DNA from: a virus
Lineage: Duplodnaviria; Caudoviricetes
IMG/VR virus record: IMGVR_UViG_3300044820_000026
Coordinates: 1-41,840 of that record
Length of the DNA stretch: 41,840 nucleotides
Reading direction: 5' to 3' (one strand)
Shown here: positions 9,447 to 18,204 of the stretch, one piece after another
Numbering within the stretch: the stretch's first letter is position 1
How the letters are laid out: every line of letters starts with the position of its first letter
Position numbers and translations under genes: made by a program
The notes under the pieces: model-generated
Seen by the model: only the letters and a program-made list of their open reading frames with translations
What the model was told of the DNA's origin: nothing
Databases searched by the model: none

Positions 9447-11923
9447 ATCCGCGCACCTTTCGTTCTAAGGTCTACTGAATGTGTTTCGTCTAGCGTATCC
9501 GCCTTCAGTTCAGCACTCAGGACGTGCGAGTATTTGATATTAAGGTGCTCGATTATCTCTTTCCGACTAGGGAATTGCATTAGCACCGGGTTAATCGTAG
9601 TAGGTTTATGATCTATCATAACATTGTATAGTATTCGGCCAGTACCCCTTAGATAAGGGAAGACCCCGCGTACCTTCTTCTTAACTTTACCGGCTAGGTT
9701 CCTACTAGAGAAGCCGTTCTTGTACGCCCAATGCTGGAAGTCCTCTCTTAATGCAGCTTCGCTTATACGATCTGGCCACGTAGAGTTGTCTACGGATACA
9801 TTATCCGTAAGGTGCTCTATATCCTCATGCTTAAAGGCCTGCCACCACTCTCTAGGCTTAAGAGGGTCTAGCGGAAATCCTGCCTCTAAACGCTCCATTA
9901 TCCAAAAGACTTCCGGCGCTTCGAATAACATAGAAGCGGCCTGCATACCGGCCTTTTCCTCATTAGCAATAGCCGTGTTAATGACCTCTACATCATATTT
10001 GTAATCCAGCAAATAGCGGTGAACGTCTCCTAGGTGATCCTTTGCCCATGCCGCGAGATTGCCAAAATAAGTCCTATCCTTAGAGTGTACGTCGCTAACC
10101 TTAAGCACGCAGGCGCGACGCTCCCCAATCGTAGCGTCAATAGCTACAGCCTGTTCCTCGTCGTTAGATAGGAACACGCAACGGATAAAGCTATTTATCT
10201 CGCGTTCGGGTTCGTACTTTTTACGCAGTACCATCCTATCGCCGGTGACGAGTTGCTTAAGCCTAGACGCAATCTCGCGCCTGTTATGGTTGATAGCTTC
10301 CTCAAAAACTACAAGCGTACGGCCCTCGATCAAACTGTTATAGTTCGATAAAAGCCCCTCTAAATCCTCAGTCGTTACGCTCGCCTGATTACCTAGGATC
10401 GGGCGAATGAACTTCTCGAATAAGAAAGACTTACCCGTACCCTGTTCGCCTACGATTATCGGGTAGGTATGCGGCTTAGCCCCCGGTGATTGAATAAGGT
10501 TAGCAAGCCAGCCCATAAGATAGTTGTACTTCTCAGGTGTGTCGCCAAACACGTCCTTAATGTAATCCAGAAAAGGCGCTACGTCCTTATCGGTAACCGG
10601 CTCAAGGCTAGGCGCTGTATCGTAAGGCTTAAAGATATTTAGGAACGTTGCGCCCTTTACTTCTACGTACTCGCGTTCTCTATCAGTAGTGTAGTGTTCC
10701 AGCGTCATCTTCTCAGGGGCGATGTAGTCAACGCCGTCAACGGTATCTAGCACTCCGCTTTCATATACGAACTTAGCCAGTTTCGTACGCTTGCCTAGCC
10801 ACGTTACCCACTGCGAAGCGTAGCTGTTAGTAAATCCGTCTTTCCTCATTATCCACGTCAGCCGGTTATCTATACGGCTAGTGTCGATTATAAAGCCGGT
10901 GCCTCGGTATAAACAAAACTGTTCGTAGATCGCCTGTACGTTAGCGTCGCCGTCTATGCCGGATATAAGCATAAACATTGTGTTAAGGATGTACTCTTTG
11001 TCGTCGCCTAGGTATCGTTTGAGCGAGGTCGCGCCTGTTGTCTTAGTGTCGGGGTTCTCGGCCTTACGCCAAGTTTGCTTAAAGGTCTGTAGCCTAGGCC
11101 CTATCTCGTCGTCGCCCGCTAGGTGACAGATACCCTTGACGAGAGTTTCAAAATCCAAATCAGTGAAGTGCACACCGCACGGCTCGTCCTCTGGCCCTCG
11201 CACCATAGACATACGCTGCAACGTACCTGATAGCGCCATAGACATATATTGTCGCGCGCCTGCGGTCCAGTAAGGCACGATCAACGAGGCGATGATAGCT
11301 AGAGCCGTTTGCTTAAAGATGTACGCTATGTCGTAGTTCGTCGCAGTAAGCGACGTATTAAGCCCAGGCCCCCAGGTGATAAGCTCGCCGCTAGGATGGA
11401 TGGACCCTGGTGCGAAGACATAAGGGTTCTCCGCCGGAAGCCTACAATTAAATTCGTTGTCCTTATGTGTGCGGTAGCGGTATTCAATAGAAACAGGCTT
11501 ACCCTGTATCTTAAAGTTCCTGGCTAGAAAACTAACGATGTGTTTGAACTCGTTAGCCCTATCAAAATAGTCCTCTGCAAAGTTGAAAATCCAATGGCTA
11601 TCCGGCTTCGAGGCGCGGCCTATTCGGTACGGCGTCCTAGGCAGGAAATAGTGAAATGAGGCTAACGCGCCCTTGTGGTCTGTATCAAAGTCAACATCTA
11701 ATTGACGAGTAGTGATAGCATGACCGACGTTATACGCGCCGTTTAGTAGCTGTTGCTCTACCTCGGCTACTGGCATACTTATAGGCTGTACGTTAGTTGA
11801 GGTAGGCTCTTTCTTATTTTCCTCGCATAGTATAAGCATACGGTGACGCGCCGATGGCGTTACCACTGCGGTGATGTTACTGAAAGATATGGTTTTCTCT
11901 AGCTCGGATACGCGGTTAGTCAT
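9443..11923 (-). CDS. Primase-polymerase (AEP) fused to SF3/D5-like helicase
   Basis: LDVDFD, HWIF, YVFAPGSIHPSG; Walker A GEQGTGKS, Walker B VVFEE, FLSN, ERR. Confidence 0.9.
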   Translation of the reverse strand: MTNRVSELEKTISFSNITAVVTPSARHRMLILCEENKKEPTSTNVQPISMPVAEVEQQLLNGAYNVGHAITTRQLDVDFDTDHKGALASFHYFLPRTPYRIGRASKPDSHWIFNFAEDYFDRANEFKHIVSFLARNFKIQGKPVSIEYRYRTHKDNEFNCRLPAENPYVFAPGSIHPSGELITWGPGLNTSLTATNYDIAYIFKQTALAIIASLIVPYWTAGARQYMSMALSGTLQRMSMVRGPEDEPCGVHFTDLDFETLVKGICHLAGDDEIGPRLQTFKQTWRKAENPDTKTTGATSLKRYLGDDKEYILNTMFMLISGIDGDANVQAIYEQFCLYRGTGFIIDTSRIDNRLTWIMRKDGFTNSYASQWVTWLGKRTKLAKFVYESGVLDTVDGVDYIAPEKMTLEHYTTDREREYVEVKGATFLNIFKPYDTAPSLEPVTDKDVAPFLDYIKDVFGDTPEKYNYLMGWLANLIQSPGAKPHTYPIIVGEQGTGKSFLFEKFIRPILGNQASVTTEDLEGLLSNYNSLIEGRTLVVFEEAINHNRREIASRLKQLVTGDRMVLRKKYEPEREINSFIRCVFLSNDEEQAVAIDATIGERRACVLKVSDVHSKDRTYFGNLAAWAKDHLGDVHRYLLDYKYDVEVINTAIANEEKAGMQAASMLFEAPEVFWIMERLEAGFPLDPLKPREWWQAFKHEDIEHLTDNVSVDNSTWPDRISEAALREDFQHWAYKNGFSSRNLAGKVKKKVRGVFPYLRGTGRILYNVMIDHKPTTINPVLMQFPSRKEIIEHLNIKYSHVLSAELKADTLDETHSVDLRTKGARI

Positions 11924-12126
11924 GCCTTTAATTCCAGCACGGCTCTATCTATCGTAGCCTCGATCATCCCCTCGTATAGCTCTACCTCGTCCCAACGCAC
12001 CAAAGCACTATAGCGCTCTTTGCCATTAGAGGCTATAACCTTTAGAACTTCCGCCTCTACTAGAAGTTCTACTAATATTCTTTGCTTCTTCGCGTGCTGC
12101 GCAGCTAGGACTAATTTAGCTCTCAT
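11920..12126 (-). CDS. Hypothetical protein
   Basis: ATGA overlaps on both sides. Confidence 0.55.
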   Translation of the reverse strand: MRAKLVLAAQHAKKQRILVELLVEAEVLKVIASNGKERYSALVRWDEVELYEGMIEATIDRAVLELKA

Positions 12127-12581
12127 TTACTGCATCCTTTTGGACACCACTTAGTGCCGTTAGCCTTAGAGTATCGTGATCCGCACTTGCCGCAGTAATA
12201 CTTATGCACCCGGCTTATACGTCCTATGGATTTACCTAGGTTCTTAGCGATCTGGTTCATAGAGTAGCCTAGGCTAAGGTGATACCGGATACGCTTAGCG
12301 AGTGGATTGGATAGAACTTTAGGTTGCCAATCTAATTCGCAGTCCTGCCCGCAATACTCGCTATTCTTGCGCTTATGAGGATCGCCGCACCGCTTGCAGC
12401 TAGGCCTATCCACTATACGAAGCTTGACCTCGTTAAAGCGCAGTAGCCTATATATGGATGATGTACAGTAGCCGTACTTAGCGGCTATATCCCGAACCGG
12501 CACCTTAGCCTTATAGTCGGCTACGGCGGTCGGATATAATGGGGGAAGCGTGCACTTACGTCTAGCAGCTTGGAAAAGCAT
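12123..12581 (-). CDS. Regulator with two HTH motifs and Cys clusters
   Basis: VRDIAAKYGYCTSSIYRLL; SMNQIAKNLGKSIGRISRV; CxxC clusters; first gene of replication operon. Confidence 0.65.
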   Translation of the reverse strand: MLFQAARRKCTLPPLYPTAVADYKAKVPVRDIAAKYGYCTSSIYRLLRFNEVKLRIVDRPSCKRCGDPHKRKNSEYCGQDCELDWQPKVLSNPLAKRIRYHLSLGYSMNQIAKNLGKSIGRISRVHKYYCGKCGSRYSKANGTKWCPKGCSK

Positions 12582-12787
12582 TACTTGCCTAGGAAACTTT
12601 GGGGATTAGGGAAGCTTAGTGGTAGAACGCAGCGTGACCCATCCGCCACTAAGCTAGGGTTAGAGTGTATCGCAGAACGCCGCAGGACACAAGCGACCAT
12701 TTGCCGCACGCTCTGGTTGTGTTGCAGCGTTAACACAAGCGAACGAAAAATTAAGGAAATCGACTACGTAAGTACATCCCGTATCTG

Positions 12788-12814
12788 TTGCCGGAACAAT
12801 ACCCATGCTATAAC
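12788..12814 (+). promoter_or_regulatory. Putative alphaproteobacterial sigma70-type promoter for the divergent island
   Basis: TTGCCGG-N12-GCTATAAC fits the Caulobacter TTGaCgS-N11-14-GCtANAWC consensus. Confidence 0.5.
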
Positions 12815-12873
12815 GTTAGGGCATACTAGATATGTGAGGGCCTGAGTACGCCCCTAAAGGCTGGAATGAAATT

Positions 12874-13344
12874 ATGACGGCTAGACTACAAGTAGTAGAA
12901 GGTGGCGAGGTAAGACCTCCGCGTGCACCTGTTAACAGGATCGTAATTGGTTACCCGCTAAAAAGCGTTAGCCAGTGCGCGGCCTGCGCGCCGTTTAGGG
13001 ACCGTTACCGTGAAAAAATGGTGCCTATCAAGCTACTGGATACAGGCGAGACAATAGTGCTAGGCGTTACATGCCTAGGGAGAATATTTGAACGCATTAT
13101 GGCAGATAAGCGCATAGCCCACCGCAAGCTTAGCGGCAATATTGGGCGTATGCGCCGCGTTTTAATTATAGACTTAAGCGCTAAGTATAGCGCCCTAGGG
13201 CTACGTAAGGGCGACCGAAACGACGAAAAGGACTTCGTTAGGCGTAAGGATGCGCAAGACGATTTGCAGGTTACGCCTAATGAACTCAGAATGTATTTGC
13301 TACAGGATATACACGAACGCGAGCAGGAGGCGCGCAATAGATGA
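12874..13344 (+). CDS. Basic Cys-containing hypothetical protein (divergent island)
   Basis: 156 aa; CAAC...GVTC; promoter upstream. Confidence 0.6.
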   Translation: MTARLQVVEGGEVRPPRAPVNRIVIGYPLKSVSQCAACAPFRDRYREKMVPIKLLDTGETIVLGVTCLGRIFERIMADKRIAHRKLSGNIGRMRRVLIIDLSAKYSALGLRKGDRNDEKDFVRRKDAQDDLQVTPNELRMYLLQDIHEREQEARNR

Positions 13345-13517
13345 AATATAGTTCCGGCAGTGTTGAAATGGACAGGCACGTTATAAACATACTACGAGAG
13401 GCCCAGGGAATTAAAGTTCCTTGGTACGACCGCTTTTGGTTTACTACGGCTAAGTACGCCTTACAGCTTTGGATACTGTACAAGATGGTAACGGCCCTAG
13501 GCGTCAACGCCTTATAG
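13341..13517 (+). CDS. Small membrane-associated protein (58 aa, not in ORF track)
   Basis: ATGA overlap; hydrophobic C-terminus FWFTTAKYALQLWILYKMVTALGVNAL. Confidence 0.5.
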   Translation: MKYSSGSVEMDRHVINILREAQGIKVPWYDRFWFTTAKYALQLWILYKMVTALGVNAL

Positions 13518-13533
13518 CCGTTACCACTAGAGT

Positions 13534-14184
13534 TTAGTCCTGCAAAAATGGTTCGTCGTCGCAGTCCGAACAAAGGATGTTGAGGCCTTCCTTGCCCCAC
13601 ACCGCCGCTCCGCAGGAGGGGCAAACATATTTAGCACGCTTGCCTTGCTTCGTTTCTTTTGGGGGATTGGCGACGCTCCCCCAGGCAAAGGTGAAGCCTT
13701 CCGCGAGAAGGGCATCGGCGGCGACCTCGAACGGTCCCCCAGGAATAATATAGTGGGTCATCTTTGACCCTGTTTCCTTGCCCCCTATCTCCCCCGTATC
13801 GCTAGGTTGTAGCCCTATAGCCTTCATCTTCGCGGCCCAGTGCTTAGAGTGATGACCTCGCCTAGCCGCTACGCTAAAATTAACTTCCCACTGATGGCAC
13901 ATTTCATGCACAAGGGTGGATAAGCTATCCTTATCACTACGCGTTAACAGTAGGTCAGGGTTTAAGGCTATCTCATCTAGCTCCGTGGGTTCGTCTAGAA
14001 ACACGGCTAAGTCGTGGTCCGTCTTACTGTGGTATTTACCCGGTATATAATAACCCCGCGTGTTAGGGTGCCGGTGTAGGGTTAGAACTACCTCTGGCAG
14101 TTCGCCCTTGAATAGCTCTTTATTAAAGTACGAGAACGCCGATTGCATTTGGCCATAGATGGCTAGGCTCGGTGTAGTGCTCAT
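13534..14184 (-). CDS. SprT-like zinc metalloprotease with Zn ribbon
   Basis: FNKELF, LVHEMCHQW, HSKHWAAKM, CPSC..CSDC; start MSTTPS chosen from ATGA coupling. Confidence 0.85.
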   Translation of the reverse strand: MSTTPSLAIYGQMQSAFSYFNKELFKGELPEVVLTLHRHPNTRGYYIPGKYHSKTDHDLAVFLDEPTELDEIALNPDLLLTRSDKDSLSTLVHEMCHQWEVNFSVAARRGHHSKHWAAKMKAIGLQPSDTGEIGGKETGSKMTHYIIPGGPFEVAADALLAEGFTFAWGSVANPPKETKQGKRAKYVCPSCGAAVWGKEGLNILCSDCDDEPFLQD

Positions 14185-14294
14185 TGTTCGCTTGCCTTCG
14201 TCCAGTAGAAGCCAGCCTTGTGCGCTACGCTTAGAGTAGCAAGGCCTTTCTTGAGGTAATACAGCGCCACGTGGGTGCAATGATCCGCGCTCAT
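14181..14294 (-). CDS. Small protein (37 aa, not in ORF track)
   Basis: MSADHCTHVALYYLKK...; ATGA overlaps at both ends. Confidence 0.5.
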   Translation of the reverse strand: MSADHCTHVALYYLKKGLATLSVAHKAGFYWTKASEQ

Positions 14295-14461
14295 TTATTC
14301 CAATCCTTTATAAGCTCCGTGACGATGCGATAAACGCGAGTTTGGCCGTAGCGAGCTAGCCTAGCTACCTCCATTTCAGCCCTAGCTTTATCGAAAGGGC
14401 CGTGCAAAGGGCCAGCTATTTCCTTTACAATGTATTGTGTGCGTACATCTAGGTTTATCAT
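14291..14461 (-). CDS. Small protein (56 aa, not in ORF track)
   Basis: MINLDVRTQY...KDWNK*; ATGA overlaps at both ends. Confidence 0.55.
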   Translation of the reverse strand: MINLDVRTQYIVKEIAGPLHGPFDKARAEMEVARLARYGQTRVYRIVTELIKDWNK

Positions 14462-14664
14462 TCTGGATACTCCGCGTTGACGATAGCCCTATAGGCTTCT
14501 GCTGTGTTGTCGATTACGGTTAGAGTTTCGCCGCCGTTGCGCCAAGCAGGGCAATAGCTAAGGATAACTTCGCGAGCTTCGTCCATAGTGATCCTACGGC
14601 CAAAATGCGAAGGCTTAGGTATCCCTAGGGCTACCTCGTCCGCTTCGGTTAGAGTGTAAGTCAT
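14458..14664 (-). CDS. Hypothetical early protein
   Basis: GAAAGG RBS. Confidence 0.6.
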   Translation of the reverse strand: MTYTLTEADEVALGIPKPSHFGRRITMDEAREVILSYCPAWRNGGETLTVIDNTAEAYRAIVNAEYPE

Positions 14665-14763
14665 GGTTTCTGTGCCTTTCGTGGGCGATGGATTGCACGG
14701 CGACCTCAGCGGGGATTGACTAGAAAGGCCTTCGTGCGGTGCACATTAACTTAACAAGGCGTT

Positions 14764-14801
14764 AAAAAAGCCCCGGTGCTCATCCCCACAAGCACCGGGG
14801 C
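14764..14801 (-). terminator. Intrinsic terminator
   Basis: 11-bp stem GCCCCGGTGCT/AGCACCGGGGC plus T6 on minus strand. Confidence 0.85.
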
Positions 14802-14827
14802 CAACTCGCTTAGGCTCTAGGCAGGCT

Positions 14828-15439
14828 CTAGGCGAGGAAATCCTCAAAGTTGATTTCATCCTTGATGGACTTAGCCTTAGCCTTAGCAAGCTTAGCCTGC
14901 ACTTCCGCAAGGGCCGCACGGTAAGCGGCGGACTTGCTCTTAAGGCCTGCGATGAACTTATTGCGTTCAACGCCTGTTTTGCTAAGAAGGTTAGCTCGGA
15001 ATTGCGTAAGCATATCCTCGGTGAAGGGCTTCTTAATGCTCTTGAACATAAGCTCGTAAGCATCGACCCACGGAGAAACATCTACAACCTTAGAACCGCC
15101 GTTGCCGGTGCCTACGGTGCGGACGAAAATATCGCCGTCTTGAAGTTCTTTAACGCGCTTAGCGATAAGACCCTCGATGGTCGCGCCTTCATCGTCTTCG
15201 TGATTGCGCGCGTACGTCTCAACGTATTTCGTGGCCTGTACTGCTGCGAGGGTGCGAAGCGCCTCGATGCTAAGCGTTTCGAGGTTAAGCGTATGCTCCG
15301 CTCCGCCCTTACGGTCGCGGAAATGAACGGCGCTAGGGCCGTTAGGGCGCTTGCTATCGCTTCCATCAGTATTTGTAAAAGTAGCTACTACGGGTCCGTT
15401 GCCTCGCTGTTTCGGTTTCGTCTCGGTGTTCTCAGTCAT
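14828..15439 (-). CDS. Lys/Ala-rich early protein, possibly DNA-binding
   Basis: Likely start MTENTE; AKLAKAKAK helix; acidic-aromatic tip INFEDFLA; own terminator. Confidence 0.65.
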   Translation of the reverse strand: MTENTETKPKQRGNGPVVATFTNTDGSDSKRPNGPSAVHFRDRKGGAEHTLNLETLSIEALRTLAAVQATKYVETYARNHEDDEGATIEGLIAKRVKELQDGDIFVRTVGTGNGGSKVVDVSPWVDAYELMFKSIKKPFTEDMLTQFRANLLSKTGVERNKFIAGLKSKSAAYRAALAEVQAKLAKAKAKSIKDEINFEDFLA

Positions 15440-15561
15440 AGTTTTAGCTTTCTGGTTAGGGTGGGAATATGTCAGATCAGGGAGAACTCGCGCCATTTGA
15501 AAGTTATACCCTCTTTAGCGTTAGAGCACAAGGGCTATCTGCGCCCTAGGCCATTGAATAC

Positions 15562-15612
15562 AAATTGGCAAACGCGGACCCTAGGCTAACCCAGGTCCGC
15601 TATGATTAGAGT
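15562..15612 (-). repeat. Early intergenic repeat R1 (variant hairpin)
   Basis: Minus strand: ACTCTAA-N-GCGGACC..GGTCCGC-GTTTGCCAATTT. Confidence 0.7.
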
Positions 15613-15620
15613 ATAGGCTT

Positions 15621-15995
15621 CTATGTCTGCGAGGTCATGCGCTCATAAGTGTTCACGTACGCGGCAACAGCAGCGACCAGCAGCGGCATATCGAGCTTGT
15701 CCGGTGCACCGGCACGCTCCGCTCCAAGGCCTGTAAACCACACCGCAGCAGGCCTGCGGTTGTAGAAGTCTCTCAGCAGGACACGCGGTCTTGCAACGCC
15801 TTCCATGAACCACTTAAGGCACAAGCCTTTCGCGGCTATCTCAGGTATTTTATCGTCGCGCCTATTATAGCCGCGCCTTTCGTCTAACATATAGGACTTG
15901 CAGGTGTGCTCGCTTGGCATGGTATCCATAAGCCAGGACCAAGCCGCATCTATAGCCTTAGTTTCCGCCTTAGTCGGTTTGAAGTTCTCAAACAT
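15621..15995 (-). CDS. Hypothetical early protein
   Basis: GAAAGG RBS; 124 aa. Confidence 0.65.
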   Translation of the reverse strand: MFENFKPTKAETKAIDAAWSWLMDTMPSEHTCKSYMLDERRGYNRRDDKIPEIAAKGLCLKWFMEGVARPRVLLRDFYNRRPAAVWFTGLGAERAGAPDKLDMPLLVAAVAAYVNTYERMTSQT

Positions 15996-16013
15996 TGCGT
16001 AAGCCTTTCAGGG

Positions 16014-16094
16014 CTAGAAGGGTAAAGTTAGATACCAGAAAACACCGCCTAACCCTAGGGCTAAGCTATAAGATAGAACTTCGATTGGATACAT
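16014..16094 (-). CDS. 26-aa hydrophobic micropeptide (not in ORF track)
   Basis: MYPIEVLSYSLALGLGGVFWYLTLPF; AGGAG RBS directly after R2. Confidence 0.5.
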   Translation of the reverse strand: MYPIEVLSYSLALGLGGVFWYLTLPF

Positions 16095-16109
16095 TGCGCC
16101 ATACTCCTA

Positions 16110-16158
16110 AAATTGGCTAACCCCACGGCCTAGGCCGTGGGGATGTCGTTAGAGTGTG
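16110..16158 (-). repeat. Early intergenic repeat R2
   Basis: 22-bp perfect palindrome CCCCACGGCCTAGGCCGTGGGG at 16121-16142 with conserved flanks. Confidence 0.95.
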
Positions 16159-16304
16159 CGGAGATAGGAAAGCACGTCGCCCCAGGTCTTACATGCTACC
16201 CGTACAGGCGTTGACCAAGTGCACGTTACTGTCCACTCGTTAGCCTTATCATCAAAGATGATAACGACGAATTTCAGATTGGGCCTAGCCGTAGCTGTTG
16301 CCAT
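16149..16304 (-). CDS. Small early protein (51 aa, not in ORF track)
   Basis: AGAAAGG RBS; MATATARPNLKFVV...LRTL*; exactly fills R3-R2. Confidence 0.65.
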   Translation of the reverse strand: MATATARPNLKFVVIIFDDKANEWTVTCTWSTPVRVACKTWGDVLSYLRTL

Positions 16305-16327
16305 TTTGTAGCCTTTCTTTGCCTGTT

Positions 16328-16370
16328 AAATTGGCTAACCCCACGGCCTAGGCCGTGGGAATGACATTAG
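16328..16370 (-). repeat. Early intergenic repeat R3
   Basis: aaattggctaac plus palindrome 16340-16359. Confidence 0.95.
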
Positions 16371-17551
16371 CGGTTCAAGAGTAGCGTGATAACGTCGAAT
16401 AAGGCGTTTTGCATGTTACGCGTGCAGTCCTGCACCTTTAGCTCAAGGTGCATGTATTCTTCCAAGATAGTTGCTAGCAGTTCTCGGCTATCCTCGCAGC
16501 ATACCGTATCGGCTATGATGATCTTGCCCTTGAACGCCTCGCCAGATTGCTTGGCTAGCTTCTCAACGAACACGAACTGATAGTTTTCTATACCTGGCAC
16601 TAACCCCGCGTCCTTAAGCTTAGCCAGCGCCGTGTTAAAGTGTCCTTTTTGCTCGGCGGTAAGCGTCACAATCTTGAACACGTCGCTAACTTCATCGGTG
16701 TTCTTATAGAACAGCGCTAGAGCGCTATCTGCTACCTGCGCCGATGGGTTAGCCCTTATCTGCCTAACTACGTCCTTAAACACTTCGCTAGGCTTGGCGT
16801 AGCTGTATTGCCAGTCTAGCCGCGCCTCGGTGGTCTTATCCCCTAGGATCGCAGGATATATGATAGCCTTAGAGTTACTTTCTAGTATGGCGTCACGTAC
16901 GATTGACCTAGCATACCAAGGGTCGCGAAGTGTGCGATCCTCGGTTAAGTCCATATGCTCCGTGAAGTTGTAGGTGAAATGCGAAGGTGCGTTAAGGGAG
17001 AACACTGCGATACCCTTATACCAGAATTGCGTGCTCCCGCCCTCGTATATCTCAAGGTAGTTGTTAGAGAACAGCAGGCGCTTACCCTTAGTGTTTAGAA
17101 TGATCTTGTCCGCTTCGAAGGCGTGAGTATGTTCAAACTCTGCACCTGTAACCATTACGCAGATTTCAACATCCCTAGGTGCACGCTCCCTCACCTGTAT
17201 TTCTCCGCCCTCGTCTACGCAGTTAGAATACAGTTCGCGGTAAGCCTGCAACATCGTCCAGTCACGACCGGCTTGTGTCGTAAGGCCTATATCCTTAGAT
17301 TTACGACCATTGACTGACATATGTATAAGGTTGAAATCCTGCCCTCTAATCGTCGCAGGCTTAGCTTCGAAGTGGTAGACGGCATCCCCTGCGTACACTC
17401 GAACCTGTTGGCCGTTGCGTAGCAGTGTAGCGAGGGCATACTTAAAGCCGGTGCCGAAATAGCCGATAGAACCTTCCGATTTGACGCTTACGCCAAACGT
17501 CGTTAGCGCCCTTATATCAAGGTGGCCCTTGTTAATGAAACATACAGCCAT
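16367..17551 (-). CDS. GHKL (Hsp90-like) ATPase-domain protein
   Basis: IGYFGTGFKYA and RELYSNCVDE motifs; AGAAAGG RBS before ATG 17551. Confidence 0.7.
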   Translation of the reverse strand: MAVCFINKGHLDIRALTTFGVSVKSEGSIGYFGTGFKYALATLLRNGQQVRVYAGDAVYHFEAKPATIRGQDFNLIHMSVNGRKSKDIGLTTQAGRDWTMLQAYRELYSNCVDEGGEIQVRERAPRDVEICVMVTGAEFEHTHAFEADKIILNTKGKRLLFSNNYLEIYEGGSTQFWYKGIAVFSLNAPSHFTYNFTEHMDLTEDRTLRDPWYARSIVRDAILESNSKAIIYPAILGDKTTEARLDWQYSYAKPSEVFKDVVRQIRANPSAQVADSALALFYKNTDEVSDVFKIVTLTAEQKGHFNTALAKLKDAGLVPGIENYQFVFVEKLAKQSGEAFKGKIIIADTVCCEDSRELLATILEEYMHLELKVQDCTRNMQNALFDVITLLLNR

Positions 17552-17575
17552 TGGGGATGCCTTTCTAAAGTGTTG

Positions 17576-17625
17576 TGTCAAAATTGACTAACCCCACGGC
17601 CTAGGCCGTGGGAATTATATTAGAG
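17576..17625 (-). repeat. Early intergenic repeat R4
   Basis: 50 bp identical to 17973-18022. Confidence 0.95.
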
Positions 17626-17955
17626 GGTATCTGTATGCCATTCTAGGAATAACTTGTCTTCGTCAGTGTCGCGCCATTTAGGCGTTACAGGTGCGCAATC
17701 TGTGCTCGCTGTTTCCTGCATCATAGCCCTAGCCCAATGCCATTCATGCAGGGACTTAGCTGTTGCTACAACGTCGCTCAAATCGTCGCTATAGTATGCC
17801 CTATCCTCGACCCGTTCGCCGTCTAGCCTAGGGCTAGCTACGCGAAACTCGCCATCGGCGCGGCTAAGCTTATAGCCTAGGGCGGCGCAATAGGCCTTGG
17901 CTACGGTCATAGTGGAAGCTTCGTTTTTGTAGGGGATCAGCGTGGACTTGCCCAT
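17620..17955 (-). CDS. Hypothetical early protein flanked by identical 50-bp repeats
   Basis: AGAAAGG RBS; stop codon inside R4. Confidence 0.7.
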   Translation of the reverse strand: MGKSTLIPYKNEASTMTVAKAYCAALGYKLSRADGEFRVASPRLDGERVEDRAYYSDDLSDVVATAKSLHEWHWARAMMQETASTDCAPVTPKWRDTDEDKLFLEWHTDTL

Positions 17956-17972
17956 TGGGGATTACCTTTCTA

Positions 17973-18022
17973 TGTCAAAATTGACTAACCCCACGGCCTA
18001 GGCCGTGGGAATTATATTAGAG
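17973..18022 (-). repeat. Early intergenic repeat R5
   Basis: 50 bp identical to 17576-17625. Confidence 0.95.
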
Positions 18023-18202
18023 TTTACCCATCAAAACCTTGTCTTCGTCGTAACACTCAACAGCGAACCAATCACCTAGGCTGATTACCTTGTAAGTCCA
18101 GCCTTCCGTATCTTCCGCGTTAAGCCTATCGGCTAAGGCCTGCGCCGCGTTTTTGCAGTGCCAAAGTGTGAAAGATTGCGCCGCGTTAATCAGGATGCAC
18201 AT
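18017..18202 (-). CDS. Hypothetical early protein
   Basis: GGAG RBS; stop codon inside R5. Confidence 0.65.
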   Translation of the reverse strand: MCILINAAQSFTLWHCKNAAQALADRLNAEDTEGWTYKVISLGDWFAVECYDEDKVLMGKL

Positions 18203-18204
18203 TG

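Noticed and set aside
12601-12680. tRNA-like D-loop text GCTTAGTGGTAGAACGC
   Set aside because: No T-loop or cloverleaf; explained by a simple hairpin
15002-15589. Long opposite-strand ORFs (also 28019-28549, 13005-13379, 40812-41210, 18506-18793, 19240-19747)
   Set aside because: Shadows of better-supported genes or low-complexity control DNA; no RBS or motifs
17576-17619. TATAAT and TTGACA inside R4/R5 as a sigma70 promoter
   Set aside because: On the sense strand they occur in the wrong order, and neither has a properly spaced partner
16110-18022. Palindromic repeats as a CRISPR array
   Set aside because: Intervals are about 0.2-1.2 kb and contain whole genes; no cas genes
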